This document shows, piece after piece, positions 9,600 to 19,905 of a DNA stretch of 51,821 nt (the first letter of the stretch is position 1; each line of letters opens with the position of its first letter). The notes under the pieces were generated by a model that was given only the letters and a program-made list of their open reading frames with translations, had not been told where the DNA came from and did no database searches. The position numbers and the translations under genes are program-made. The DNA comes from Collinsella sp. Its GTDB lineage: Bacteria; Actinomycetota; Coriobacteriia; Coriobacteriales; Coriobacteriaceae. The stretch is taken from positions 1 to 51,821 of the forward strand of contig DBGAPG010000106.1 of NCBI GenBank assembly GCA_048438765.1. Direction: 5' to 3'.

Positions 9600-10628
9600 C
9601 TAGAGGTCGATGTGCGATTCCTTGATCGGGAACGGCTCCGCGAAGTGGCAGGCGCAGCAGTGACCCGGTGCGACCTCCTTAAACTCGGGAAGCTTCTCAG
9701 AGCAGATACCCTGCGCGATCGGGCAACGGGTGTGGAAACGGCAACCGGTCGGCGGATCCAGCGGTGACGGCGGATCGCCGGCGAGGATGATGCGCTTGCG
9801 GGTCTTCTGGATATCAGGATCGGGCACCGGCACGGCAGACAGCAGCGACTGCGTGTACGGATGGTGAGGCTCGCTGTAGAGCGTCTTCCAGTCCGAAACC
9901 TCGACCATCTTACCCAGGTACATAACGGCAACGCGATCGGAGATGTGCTGCACGACAGAAAGGTCGTGAGCAATGAAGAGGTAAGCAGTACCGAACTTAT
10001 CCTGAAGCTCCTTCAGCAGGTTCAAAACCTGGGCCTGAATGGAAACGTCAAGTGCAGAGACAGGCTCGTCGCAGATGATCAGCTTGGGCTTCAGAGCGAA
10101 CGCGCGGGCAATGCCGACACGCTGACGCTGACCGCCGGAGAACTCGTGCGGATAGCGGTTGATGTGCTCGGGGTTCAGACCGACGACGTCCAGCAGCTCG
10201 CGGACGCGCTCGATACGCTCCTCCTTGGTACCCACACCATGAATGGTCATGGGCTCGGAGACGATCTCGCCGATGGTCATACGAGGGTTGAGCGAAGCAT
10301 AGGGGTCCTGGAAGATGAACTGCATCTCGCGACGCATATCCTTGATCTCGTGCTTGCTCATCTCGGCAACGTCTTTGCCCTGGAAAAACACTTTGCCTGC
10401 CGTCGGCTTGGTCAGGCGCATGATGGTGCGGCCCGTGGTGGACTTACCGCAACCAGACTCGCCGACCAGGCCAAAGGTCTCGCCCGGATAAATCTCGAAC
10501 GAAATGTCATTCACAGCAGAGACGACACGCTTGGAGAAGCGCTTGGCGAACATGCCGGACTCAGCGGGAAACTCCTTAGAGAGGTGCTCGACCTTCAGCA
10601 GCGGAGTACGCTCGTTGGTATCTGCCAT
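9600..10628 (-). CDS. oppF: Oligopeptide/dipeptide ABC transporter ATP-binding subunit
   Basis: GESGCGKST, FSGGQRQR, DEPVSALD, C-terminal GCRFHTRC domain. Confidence 0.92.
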   Translation of the reverse strand: MADTNERTPLLKVEHLSKEFPAESGMFAKRFSKRVVSAVNDISFEIYPGETFGLVGESGCGKSTTGRTIMRLTKPTAGKVFFQGKDVAEMSKHEIKDMRREMQFIFQDPYASLNPRMTIGEIVSEPMTIHGVGTKEERIERVRELLDVVGLNPEHINRYPHEFSGGQRQRVGIARAFALKPKLIICDEPVSALDVSIQAQVLNLLKELQDKFGTAYLFIAHDLSVVQHISDRVAVMYLGKMVEVSDWKTLYSEPHHPYTQSLLSAVPVPDPDIQKTRKRIILAGDPPSPLDPPTGCRFHTRCPIAQGICSEKLPEFKEVAPGHCCACHFAEPFPIKESHIDL

Positions 10629-11719
10629 TACGCCTCGCCTCCCTTCTTGGAATCCTTGCGCGTACGGGACGTCTCAGGAGCGTTCTTGAGGAACTCGGGG
10701 TCACCGGAGTAGTGGCATGCAGAGTAATGACCAGACTCGGTGACAACGCGCTCGGGGCGCTGCTTGCGGCACTTATCGGTCGCATAGGGACAACGAGGCG
10801 AGAACACGCAGCCCTCGGGCAGGTTCATGAGCGAAGGCGGGTTGCCGTGAATCGGCGTAAGCGGCTTCTTCTCTTCGATGGCCTGCTCCGGGATGGAGCG
10901 GATAAGGCCCCAGGTGTAGGGGTGGCGGCTCTCGTAGAAGATTTCCTCAGCAGTACCGAACTCGACGGGACGGCCGGCGTACATAACCATGATCTTGTCG
11001 GCCATGTCGGCGACGACGCCCAGGTCATGGGTAATCATGATGATGGCGTTGCCGTTCTTCTCCTGCATTTCCTGCATGAGCTCGATAATCTGAGCCTGAA
11101 TGGTAACGTCCAGAGCCGTCGTGGGCTCGTCGGCAATCAGAATATCGGGATCGCAGGCAAGAGCCATGGCAATCATGACTCGCTGACGCATACCGCCAGA
11201 GAACTGGTGCGGATACTCGTTGACGCGCTTCTCGGGCTCGGGGATACCCACGAGGTCCAAAAGCTCGGTGGCACGCTTGAGCGCCTCCTGCTTGGAGTAG
11301 CCACGGTGCAGACGAAGGCCCTCGCCCACCTGCTTGCCGATCTTATAAACCGGGTTCAAGGAGGTCATAGGATCCTGGAAGATCATCGCGATATCGTTGC
11401 CGCGAATGTGCTGCATCTCTTCCTCGGTCATTTCGAGGATGGAGCGGCCGCGATAGCGAACGTCACCGCCCTCAATCTTTCCCGGAGGCATCGAGATAAG
11501 GCCCATGATGGTCATGGCGGTCACGGACTTACCGGAACCGGATTCACCGACGACGCCCAGGGTCTCGCCGCGATCGAGCGTGTAGGAGACACCGTCGACA
11601 GCGCGAACGACGCCATCCTCGGTGTGGAAATACATCTTAAGGTCATCGACCTCGAGCAGATGCTGGCCCTCAGGAACCGGCTGGTCCTTCAGGTCCACAT
11701 AGTTCTTGTTCTTCTTCAT
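10628..11719 (-). CDS. oppD: Oligopeptide/dipeptide ABC transporter ATP-binding subunit
   Basis: GESGSGKS, FSGGMRQR, DEPTTALD, HPYT. Confidence 0.92.
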   Translation of the reverse strand: MKKNKNYVDLKDQPVPEGQHLLEVDDLKMYFHTEDGVVRAVDGVSYTLDRGETLGVVGESGSGKSVTAMTIMGLISMPPGKIEGGDVRYRGRSILEMTEEEMQHIRGNDIAMIFQDPMTSLNPVYKIGKQVGEGLRLHRGYSKQEALKRATELLDLVGIPEPEKRVNEYPHQFSGGMRQRVMIAMALACDPDILIADEPTTALDVTIQAQIIELMQEMQEKNGNAIIMITHDLGVVADMADKIMVMYAGRPVEFGTAEEIFYESRHPYTWGLIRSIPEQAIEEKKPLTPIHGNPPSLMNLPEGCVFSPRCPYATDKCRKQRPERVVTESGHYSACHYSGDPEFLKNAPETSRTRKDSKKGGEA

Positions 11720-11721
11720 CC

Positions 11722-12657
11722 TTATGCGTCCTTCATCTTGACGTCGAGGGCGTCGCGCAGACCATCACCCAACAGGGTGAAGGCGAGCACCGTCGAGAGA
11801 ATTGCCAGACCGGGCATGATCATCATCCAGGGAGCGGTCAGAAGATACTGCTGACCGTCCTGAATCATGGAGCCCCACGAAGGCGTAGGCGGAATAACGC
11901 CCATGCCGAGGAAGGACAGAGCGGACTCGGTCAGAATGGCGCCACCAATGTTCATGGTCGCGTAGACCACGATGGAGGCGACGGAGTTCGGGAAGATGTG
12001 ACGCACGACGATACGAGCATCAGATGCACCCATCGCGCGCGCAGCATCAACATAGTCGTTTTCCTTGACCGTCAAGATTGCAGAGCGGAAGACGCGCGCA
12101 ATCGAAGGCCAGCCGAGAATACCGATGGCGATAAAGACGTTCTGAAGGCCACGGCCGATAACGGCGATCATGGCGACAACGAACAGCACGTACGGGAACG
12201 CCAGGAAGATGTCCGCACAGCGCATGATGATCGTATCCCAGATGCCGCCGTAGAAACCCGCCAGAGCACCCATGACCAGACCGATCAGCGTGGAGATCGC
12301 GGTGGCCATAATGCCGACGGACAGCGAAACGCGCGCACCGTAGATAACGCGGACGAGAATGTCACGACCAAGGGCGTCGGTGCCAAACGGGTGCTCTGCA
12401 CACGGAGCCAGCAGCGACGTCTCGGCCATGGTGGTCGAGTCGGAAGCCGTCGGCGAACCGAGCCAGGGCTTAGCCCACAGATCTGCGGTCAGTGCAACCA
12501 CAACGACGATGATGATCCAGCAGACACCGATAACGGCGAGCTTGTTCTTACGAAGACGCTTAAAAGCGTCGCCCCACAGCGTGCGGGACTTGGCGGGAGC
12601 AGATGCGGCCTTGGTGGCGGTAGCCTGCTCCTGAGACTGAGAATCAGTTTCCTGCAT
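11722..12657 (-). CDS. oppC: Oligopeptide/dipeptide ABC transporter permease
   Basis: HPFGTDALGRD, YVDAARAMGAS, LLGDGLRDALD. Confidence 0.92.
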   Translation of the reverse strand: MQETDSQSQEQATATKAASAPAKSRTLWGDAFKRLRKNKLAVIGVCWIIIVVVVALTADLWAKPWLGSPTASDSTTMAETSLLAPCAEHPFGTDALGRDILVRVIYGARVSLSVGIMATAISTLIGLVMGALAGFYGGIWDTIIMRCADIFLAFPYVLFVVAMIAVIGRGLQNVFIAIGILGWPSIARVFRSAILTVKENDYVDAARAMGASDARIVVRHIFPNSVASIVVYATMNIGGAILTESALSFLGMGVIPPTPSWGSMIQDGQQYLLTAPWMMIMPGLAILSTVLAFTLLGDGLRDALDVKMKDA

Positions 12658-12671
12658 GAGACGTACCTCCC

Positions 12672-13709
12672 TTAGGCCTTATCCGACGGACCGCCAAGGC
12701 GGATGCGTGGGTCGAGGAATGCATAGCTAATGTCGACGAGCAGGTTGATCACCATAACGACGACGACGATGAGCGTAACGCCGCCCATAACGATGGGCCA
12801 GTCACGCATGCTAATGGCGCGATAGACCTCATAGCCGATACCGGGCCAGTTAAAGACCGTCTCGGTCAGGATGGCGCCCGAAAGCATGCCACCAAAGTCG
12901 ACACCAATATAGGTAACGACGGGGATGAGTGCATTCTTAAGCGCATGCTTGACGATGATCGCGCGATTGGAGAGACCCTTCGCCTTTGCCGTACGGATGT
13001 AATCCTGGTTCATGACGTCAAGCAGCTGCGAGCGCATAATGCGGGCAGCATAAGCGGTCGAAACCGAAGCCAGCGTAATGGTCGGAAGCACATAGTGCAT
13101 CCAATCCTGATACTGAGAGCTGGAACCGCCGGCACCCGAGATCGGCATGGAGATTGCACCGCCCGTGGCGTCCTTGAGGATGACGCCAAAGAACAGCTGC
13201 AGCAACATACCGAGCCAAAAGGCCGGGACCGCAACGAGGATCGACGTGGTGAGCGTTACCAAAATATCCCAGAAGGAATAACGCTTTACCGCCGAAATGA
13301 TACCCGCACCGATACCCATGATTGCCTCGAGCACGATGGCGCACGCGGCAAGTTTGACCGTATACGGATACTTCTGGGCGAAGATTTCCGTAACCGGCAG
13401 CTTGCGCTGATACGAATTGCCCAGATCGCCATGAAGCAGGCCGTTCATGTAATACAAGTAACGGTCCACGAGCGACGTTTGAACGGGGTCGCCGTTCTCG
13501 TCAAGGATCGCGTTGCCGTCCTCGTCCGTCTGGACCAGGTGATAGCGGACGCGAAGCTGAAGCTCCACCTCGGGGGACAGAGCCTTGTCTCCACCGATCA
13601 GCTTGATCGGATCTCCCGGCACGATATTCTGAAGGGCGAACAGAATCAGCGTAACGCCCAAAAACACCGGGATGAACTGAAGCACACGTTTAACGATGTA
13701 CTTACCCAT
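12672..13709 (-). CDS. oppB: Oligopeptide/dipeptide ABC transporter permease
   Basis: DYIRTAKAKGL, KHALKNA, ETVFNWPGIG, LDPRIR. Confidence 0.92.
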   Translation of the reverse strand: MGKYIVKRVLQFIPVFLGVTLILFALQNIVPGDPIKLIGGDKALSPEVELQLRVRYHLVQTDEDGNAILDENGDPVQTSLVDRYLYYMNGLLHGDLGNSYQRKLPVTEIFAQKYPYTVKLAACAIVLEAIMGIGAGIISAVKRYSFWDILVTLTTSILVAVPAFWLGMLLQLFFGVILKDATGGAISMPISGAGGSSSQYQDWMHYVLPTITLASVSTAYAARIMRSQLLDVMNQDYIRTAKAKGLSNRAIIVKHALKNALIPVVTYIGVDFGGMLSGAILTETVFNWPGIGYEVYRAISMRDWPIVMGGVTLIVVVVMVINLLVDISYAFLDPRIRLGGPSDKA

Positions 13710-13736
13710 ACCACTCCCCTATCTAGGGATTAACCT

Positions 13737-13772
13737 AAATGGGATGCCGATCGCCAGACCGGCATCCCAAAA
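13737..13772 (-). terminator. Hairpin between oppA and oppB (partial terminator or mRNA stabiliser)
   Basis: TGGGATGCCG / CGGCATCCCA 10-bp stem. Confidence 0.6.
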
Positions 13773-13865
13773 TTACCATCAGCCAGTTTACCCCAGGTTA
13801 GGGAGAACTGTATGTTTCCCATGAGGTCTACGTAAATACTTGACCCTCACGGAAGCTGCAAACTC

Positions 13866-15542
13866 TTAGGCGAGCTCAGCGGTACTCAGATCGGCGTGCT
13901 TCTGCGGATCGACATAGAGGTGCTTGATGCGATCGGAGCCGGCGATGGTGTGCGTGTAGAACATAATCGGGATGACCGGGCAGTCGGCAGCGACCATTGC
14001 GTCGGCCTCCTGCATCTTAGCGACGCGCTCCTCGTCGTCAACAATAGTACGAGCCTCGTCGACCTTGGCGTCGAACTCGGGGTTGTTGTAACCGGAGCGG
14101 TTGTCGCCACCGAGGGAGTCGGAGTGGAACAGCGGATACAGGAAGTTGTCCATGATCGGGTAGTCGGCAATCCAACCCAGACGACCGAACTGATAGTTAA
14201 AGTTCTGATACTGCTCGAGCAGGGCAGACCACTCAGGGGTATCGGAGACAGCGGTAACGCCAACCTTGGCGAGGTCGCCGATGATGGACTCCATGATCTC
14301 CTTGTGACCGCCGTCCTGGTTGTAGGACAGGGTCACGCTAATGCCACGATCCCCGTTAGCGCCAGCGGGAGCAACCTTGTCGAGGTACTCGTTAGCCTTG
14401 TCGACATCGTAGGCGCAGAACTCCCATGCGCCCTCCTTGTAGCCATCGATGCCCGGAGGAACAATGCCGTCGGCAGGGGTACGGGTACCCTTGAAGATGG
14501 TCTTGCAGATGGCCTCACGGTTAATGGCCAGGGAGATGCCCCTACGCAGGTCGGCGTTGTTGAACGGCTCGGCCGTGGTGTTGCAGGTCAGATAGTACGT
14601 GGAAGGCTCGGCGCCGAGCAGCATGCGCTCGCCGTCACCCATGGTGTAGCCGTCCTTGGACACGCCGCGATCCTTCTTGGCGGCATCGATCTGAGCGACG
14701 GGAACGTCGCAGACATCGAGGTTACCGGCCTGGAACTCCTTGTAAGCGGTCTCCATGTCCTTGATGACCTGGAAGTGGATGCCATCGATCTTGGCCTTGT
14801 CGCCATAGTAATCGTCGAACTTCTTGACGTTGATCTCCTGGCCATCCTCCCACTTGCCGTCCATCATGAACGGGCCGTTACCGACCGGGGCAAGATAGAA
14901 GCTCTTGACATCGGACTCGGCGCACTCGGGAACCGGGGCCAGAGCCGGATGAGAGGCGACGAAGGGGAAGTCAGCGTAAGCGGAAGACAGCTTGACGACG
15001 AGGGTCTCATCGTCGGGGCACGTAACACCGCTGAGCTCGGTAGCGTTACCGGCAAGCAGGTCGTCATAACCCTCGACCATGGAAAGGTGATAGGAGACCT
15101 CGGAAGGACCGTACTCGGTAGCGATGGCCGACTTGGTGTTGACCAGACGCTCCCAACCGAGCTTGAAGGACTTGGAGGTAACGTCGTCACCGTTGTGGAA
15201 CTTGGCCTTCTTGATCTTGAAGGTAAACTCGGTGGCGTCGTCGTTGGACTCAAAGGACTCGCAAGCCAGCGGAACGATCTCGCCCTTCTCGGCGTCGTAA
15301 GAGGTCAGAGCGTCAAAGAGCTGGTACTCGACCTGAGTGCCCTGGTCCTCCTGGACATTGTAGGGGTCGATGCAGACCGGGTTGTTGATGTAGAAGTTCA
15401 GCGTCGAACCGGACTCAGAACCGGAAGCGTCGCCACCCTTCTTGCCACATGCGGCAAGAAAAGCCATGGAGCTCGCAGCAAGGGTGCCGCCAACAAAGGC
15501 GCGACGACCCATAACGGGCTGGTGGAACATAGAATCAGCCAT
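13866..15542 (-). CDS. oppA: Family-5 ABC solute-binding lipoprotein (Tat signal)
   Basis: GRRAFV twin-arginine plus LAAC lipobox; PVGNGPF, GWIADYP. Start ATG 15542 after AAGGAGG. Confidence 0.9.
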   Translation of the reverse strand: MADSMFHQPVMGRRAFVGGTLAASSMAFLAACGKKGGDASGSESGSTLNFYINNPVCIDPYNVQEDQGTQVEYQLFDALTSYDAEKGEIVPLACESFESNDDATEFTFKIKKAKFHNGDDVTSKSFKLGWERLVNTKSAIATEYGPSEVSYHLSMVEGYDDLLAGNATELSGVTCPDDETLVVKLSSAYADFPFVASHPALAPVPECAESDVKSFYLAPVGNGPFMMDGKWEDGQEINVKKFDDYYGDKAKIDGIHFQVIKDMETAYKEFQAGNLDVCDVPVAQIDAAKKDRGVSKDGYTMGDGERMLLGAEPSTYYLTCNTTAEPFNNADLRRGISLAINREAICKTIFKGTRTPADGIVPPGIDGYKEGAWEFCAYDVDKANEYLDKVAPAGANGDRGISVTLSYNQDGGHKEIMESIIGDLAKVGVTAVSDTPEWSALLEQYQNFNYQFGRLGWIADYPIMDNFLYPLFHSDSLGGDNRSGYNNPEFDAKVDEARTIVDDEERVAKMQEADAMVAADCPVIPIMFYTHTIAGSDRIKHLYVDPQKHADLSTAELA

Positions 15543-15783
15543 GCCATCCTCCTTATGAGATAGGACAAAGAAATGTTCAGTCGGACACATGTCGAAACAA
15601 TCCGATCCGAACCATCAAAACGCCGCCCGCTGCTATGGCTGGTTATGCACAACGGACCAACGTTTTGCAATACAGTAGCGCATTTTATTCACGATTTGGG
15701 GCTAATTCCGGTTAACGGTCGAGAATTTCTTTAGTTGGGCGAAGTATGTGGGGATATTTTGACTCTGTTACAAATATGTAAAC

Positions 15784-15815
15784 AAAAAGGGTCCCGCACT
15801 TACGGGACCCTTTTT
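15784..15815. terminator. Intrinsic terminator after secG
   Basis: AAAAAGGGTCCCG-CACTTA-CGGGACCCTTTTT. Confidence 0.85.
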
Positions 15816-15836
15816 GAATATTTATGCGGCTCGTGC

Positions 15837-16091
15837 TTAGTAGCCGACGATGCCCTGCGGGAAGAAGAACATGCACAGCACGACGCACACGGCAAACACG
15901 ACAGCCATGATGACGGTCAGGCGGTCGAGGTTCTGCTCCATGACGCCCGTGGCAGAGCTGGAGTTATACAGCGAGCTAGCGATCATATCCGAAACGCCGG
16001 TGCCCTTACCGGAATGCATCAGGACGAGAATCGTCAGCGCCACGGCAGAGACAGCCCAAACGACAAACAGAAGAATCTGGAACGGACCCAT
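15837..16091 (-). CDS. secG: Preprotein translocase subunit SecG
   Basis: LVLMHSGKGTG...EQNLDRLT, two TM helices, conserved position after the glycolytic genes. Confidence 0.93.
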   Translation of the reverse strand: MGPFQILLFVVWAVSAVALTILVLMHSGKGTGVSDMIASSLYNSSSATGVMEQNLDRLTVIMAVVFAVCVVLCMFFFPQGIVGY

Positions 16092-16157
16092 AGATAAGCT
16101 CCTGAATAGAACAATTCAAACTCCAGTACTGTACCACAACCCCCAGCACTCCCCCAC

Positions 16158-16188
16158 CTGCCATTTGGGGACGGGGTAGAAATGGCAG
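16158..16188. repeat. REP-like palindromic element, copy 2
   Basis: CTGCCATTT-GGGGACGGGGTAG-AAATGGCAG, perfect 9-bp arms; inverted copy of 3847-3877. Confidence 0.75.
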
Positions 16189-16195
16189 AAATACC

Positions 16196-16230
16196 AAAAA
16201 GGGGGTTGTCCGATTGTGGACAACCCCCTT
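16196..16230 (-). terminator. Intrinsic terminator after gpmI
   Basis: GGGGGTTGTCC / GGACAACCCCC stem with a minus-strand T tract. Confidence 0.8.
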
Positions 16231-16255
16231 ACTAGAAAACGGTATATGTTTTCTA

Positions 16256-17809
16256 TTAGGCCTCGGTGGCGAGCACGCGGCCCGTCATCTCGGCGGAAGG
16301 CTCAATACCAGCCATGGTGAGCATGGTCGGAGCGATATCGGAAAGACGGCCGTCCTCGATACCGGTGAGCTTGGCCTTCTCATCAACGATGATGAACGGA
16401 ACGCGGTTGGTGGTGTGAGCCGTAAACGGATGCTTGGAACCGTCGGAAGCAACGTCAAACATGTGATCGGCGTTGCCATGGTCGGCGGTAATCAGCGCAA
16501 AGCCGCCCTTGGCGAGAATCGCCGGGACAACCTTAGACAGGGCATCGTCAACGGCCTCGACGGCCTTAACGGCGGCGTCGAAGACACCGGTGTGACCAAC
16601 CATGTCGCAGTTCGCGAAGTTCACGATGTAGAAATCAGCGCGATCCTCGTTGATGGCGGCGACAAGCTTCTCGGTAACCTCGGGAGCGCTCATCTCGGGC
16701 TGCAGATCGTAGGTAGCGACCTTGGGGGAAGCGACGAGCACGCGCTCCTCGCCCTCCTTGGGCTCCTCGATGCCGCCGTTGAGGAAGAACGTCACGTGGG
16801 CGTACTTCTCGGTCTCGGCGGTGTGCAGCTGCTTCAGGCCGTTGGCGGCGATAACGTCGGCCAGGACGTTCTCGGGGAACGTCTTGGGGAAGGCGACCTC
16901 GACGTCAAACGTCGGATCGTACTCGGTCATCGTCACAAAGTGCGAAAGCTTGATCTGCTCGCGCTCAAAGCCGTCGAACTCCTTGTCCGTGAACACGCGG
17001 GTCATCTGACGAGCGCGGTCGGGACGGAAGTTGAAGAAGATGGCCGCGTCGCCCTCGTGGATGCCCTCGTTGTGGGCAGCGAAGGGCTCGACGAACTCGT
17101 CGCCGCGCGGATCCTTCTCGTAGTAGGCCTTGATACCGGCAACAGGGTCGACATCGGCATCGGACGCGTTGACCATGACGTCGTAGGCACGCTGGATGCG
17201 CTCCCAACGGTTGTCGCGGTCCATGGCCCAATAACGGCCCGAGACGGTGGCAACGCGAGCGTCGCAACCGGTCTCCTCGGAGATCTTAGCCAGGAAGGCG
17301 CAGAACTCACTCATGTAGCCAGCGCCGGACTGCGGGTCAACGTCGCGGCCATCCATGAAGGCGTGGACGCGAACGGTCTTGACACCGTGCTCGGCAGCCA
17401 TCTTGACCAGAGCCTCGACGTGGTTCATGTGAGAATGAACACCGCCAGGGCTCATAAGGCCCATGAGGTGCAGGGTCTTGCCTTCGGCCTTGACGTCGTC
17501 CATAGCCTTGACGAAGACCTCGTTCTTGGCGATGGAGCCGTCCTTGATGGCGTTGTTGATGCGCGAAAGCTCCTGGAACACGATGCGGCCGGCACCGATG
17601 TTGAGGTGACCCACCTCGGAGTTGCCCATCTGGCCATCGGGAAGACCCACGTCCTCGCCCGAAGCGCCGAGCGTGGTGTGGGGGTACTTCTCATACAGGC
17701 TATCAAGGAAGGGCGTCTTGGCAGCGGCGACGGCGTTCTCGCCATCGGACGGAGCCAGGCCGCAGCCGTCCATGATGATCAGGAGTGCAGGAAGATGACG
17801 TTGTGCCAT
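16256..17809 (-). CDS. gpmI: 2,3-bisphosphoglycerate-independent phosphoglycerate mutase
   Basis: GQMGNSEVGH, GRYWAMDRD, NFRPDR, AETEKYAHVT, TADHGN. Confidence 0.97.
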   Translation of the reverse strand: MAQRHLPALLIIMDGCGLAPSDGENAVAAAKTPFLDSLYEKYPHTTLGASGEDVGLPDGQMGNSEVGHLNIGAGRIVFQELSRINNAIKDGSIAKNEVFVKAMDDVKAEGKTLHLMGLMSPGGVHSHMNHVEALVKMAAEHGVKTVRVHAFMDGRDVDPQSGAGYMSEFCAFLAKISEETGCDARVATVSGRYWAMDRDNRWERIQRAYDVMVNASDADVDPVAGIKAYYEKDPRGDEFVEPFAAHNEGIHEGDAAIFFNFRPDRARQMTRVFTDKEFDGFEREQIKLSHFVTMTEYDPTFDVEVAFPKTFPENVLADVIAANGLKQLHTAETEKYAHVTFFLNGGIEEPKEGEERVLVASPKVATYDLQPEMSAPEVTEKLVAAINEDRADFYIVNFANCDMVGHTGVFDAAVKAVEAVDDALSKVVPAILAKGGFALITADHGNADHMFDVASDGSKHPFTAHTTNRVPFIIVDEKAKLTGIEDGRLSDIAPTMLTMAGIEPSAEMTGRVLATEA

Positions 17810-17814
17810 ATGTC

Positions 17815-18582
17815 CTACTCGCCTGCCTTGACGACCATAGAGGCGAAGTCGGCAGCCTTGAGCGAAGCGCCGCCCACGAGGGCGCCGTCAACGTCGGGCT
17901 TGGCGACGAGCTCGGCGATGTTACCGGGCTTGGCAGAGCCACCATAGAGAACGCGAATGCCGTTAGCGAGCTCCTCGCCGAACATCTCCTTGAGGGTCTC
18001 ACGGATAGCGCCGCAGACCTCCTGAGCATCCTCGGCGGTAGCGGTCTTGCCGGTGCCGATGGCCCAGATGGGCTCGTAGGCCACGACGACCTGCTTGGGG
18101 CAGGTGATCTCAAGACCAGCAAGGCCAGCCTTGACCTGGTTCACGACGTGCTCGACATAGGTGCCAGCCTCGCGGACCTCGAGGGACTCGCCGCAGCAGA
18201 AGACGGGAACAAGACCGGCGGCAACGAGGACCTTGGCCTTCTTGTTCTGATCCTCGTCGGTCTCGTGGAAGTAATCACGACGCTCGGAGTGACCGATGAT
18301 GCAGTAGGTGCAGCCAGCGGACTTGAGCATGTCGCAAGAGGACTCACCGGTGAAGGCACCCTTGGCCTCCCAGTACACGTTCTGTGCACCGAGGGCGATG
18401 GGGGCAGCCTGAATGCGGTCATGAACCGTGGTGATGTCGATGGTCGGAGGGCAGACGAGCACCTCGACGCCAGCCGGAACCTCGGGCAGAGCCTGAGCCA
18501 GCTCGTCGGCGAGCTTGGCGGCCTCGGCGACGTCGTTGTTCATCTTCCAGTTGCCAGCGATAAGAAGGGTGCGATTAGGCAT
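17815..18582 (-). CDS. tpiA: Triosephosphate isomerase
   Basis: AGNWKMN, GHSERR, AYEPIWAIGTG, YGGS, VGGASL. Start ATG 18582 overlaps the pgk end. Confidence 0.97.
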   Translation of the reverse strand: MPNRTLLIAGNWKMNNDVAEAAKLADELAQALPEVPAGVEVLVCPPTIDITTVHDRIQAAPIALGAQNVYWEAKGAFTGESSCDMLKSAGCTYCIIGHSERRDYFHETDEDQNKKAKVLVAAGLVPVFCCGESLEVREAGTYVEHVVNQVKAGLAGLEITCPKQVVVAYEPIWAIGTGKTATAEDAQEVCGAIRETLKEMFGEELANGIRVLYGGSAKPGNIAELVAKPDVDGALVGGASLKAADFASMVVKAGE

Positions 18583-19765
18583 CGAGAAGCGCCTCCACTC
18601 CGGGCAGGGCCTTACCCTCGACGAGCTCCATGGAAGCGCCACCACCGGTGGAGATCCAGCTCATCTTGTCGGCCAGGTTGAACTTGTTGACAGCTGCGAC
18701 AGAGTCGCCACCGCCGATGATCGAGGTGCAGTCGGCCTCGGCGACAGCCTCGGCAATAGCCTGGGTGCCGTGAGCGAAGTTGTCGAACTCGAAGACGCCC
18801 ATGGGGCCGTTCCAGAACACGGTCTTGGCGCCCTTGACGGCCTCGGCGTAAAGCTCCTCGGTCTTGGGGCCGATGTCCATACCCTCACGATCGTCGGGGA
18901 TAGCGTCGGAAGCGACAACCTCGGGGACAGCGTCCTCGCCAAAGTGATCGGCAACGCGGTTGTCGATGGGGAGCAGGATCTTGACGCCCTTCTCCTCGGC
19001 CTTCTTGAGCATCTCGCCGGCGCGCTCGACCCAGTCCTCTTCCTTGAGGGACTGACCAACGGACAGGCCCTGAGCCAGGAAGAAGGTGTAGGCCATACCG
19101 CCACCGATGATCAGGGTGTCAGCGGAGTCGATGAGGTGATCGAGAACGCCGATCTTGGAGGAAACCTTGGAACCGCCGACGATAGCGACGAAGGGACGCT
19201 CGGGCTCGGCGAAGATACCGGTCAGCGTGTCGACCTCCTTCTCAAGCAGGAAGCCGGCGACGGCAGGCAGGTAAGCGGCGGGGCCCACGACGGAACCCTG
19301 GGCGCGGTGAGCGGTGCCGAAGGCATCGAGAACGAAGACGTCACCATAGGAAGCGAGCTTCTTGGCGATCTCGGGGTCGTTCTTCTTCTCACGCTTGTCG
19401 AAACGGACGTTCTCGAGAACGAGGACCTTGCCCGGCTCGACGGCAGCGACAGCCTCGGCAGCCTTCTCGCCGTAGGTGTCGGCGACAAAGGCGACGTCGA
19501 GACCAGAGAGCTCGGCGAGCTTCTTGGCGACAGGCTCGAGGGAGAGCTCAGGCTGGAAGCCGGTGCCCTCGGGGCGGCCGAGGTGGCTCATGAGGATGAC
19601 GCGAGCGTTGTGCTCAACGAGGTAGTTGATGGTGGGCAGGGCAGCCTTGATACGGGTGGTGTCGCCAACGACGCCATCCTTGATAGGCACGTTGAAGTCA
19701 ACGCGGACGAGAACGCGCTTGCCGTCGACATCGATGTCGCGGACGGTCTTCTTGGTAAAGGCCAT
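18575..19765 (-). CDS. pgk: Phosphoglycerate kinase
   Basis: RVDFNVP, SHLGRP, LENVRF, WNGPMG, STGGGASME. Confidence 0.97.
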   Translation of the reverse strand: MAFTKKTVRDIDVDGKRVLVRVDFNVPIKDGVVGDTTRIKAALPTINYLVEHNARVILMSHLGRPEGTGFQPELSLEPVAKKLAELSGLDVAFVADTYGEKAAEAVAAVEPGKVLVLENVRFDKREKKNDPEIAKKLASYGDVFVLDAFGTAHRAQGSVVGPAAYLPAVAGFLLEKEVDTLTGIFAEPERPFVAIVGGSKVSSKIGVLDHLIDSADTLIIGGGMAYTFFLAQGLSVGQSLKEEDWVERAGEMLKKAEEKGVKILLPIDNRVADHFGEDAVPEVVASDAIPDDREGMDIGPKTEELYAEAVKGAKTVFWNGPMGVFEFDNFAHGTQAIAEAVAEADCTSIIGGGDSVAAVNKFNLADKMSWISTGGGASMELVEGKALPGVEALLDA

Positions 19766-19821
19766 GTTTGCTTCTACCTTTCGTACGTGTCTGCCTCCCA
19801 TTACGGCAGACGATTTCCTAT

Positions 19822-19872
19822 AAAAAGGGCGCGACCCTAGGGTGTAAGCCCTATGAGGCCGCGCCCTTCTTT
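19822..19872 (-). terminator. Hairpin/terminator between gap and pgk
   Basis: AAGGGCGCG / CGCGCCCTT stem with a minus-strand T tract. Confidence 0.65.
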
Positions 19873-19905
19873 AGACGCTCAACGAGCTATTCGCTAAAAG
19901 CTAAA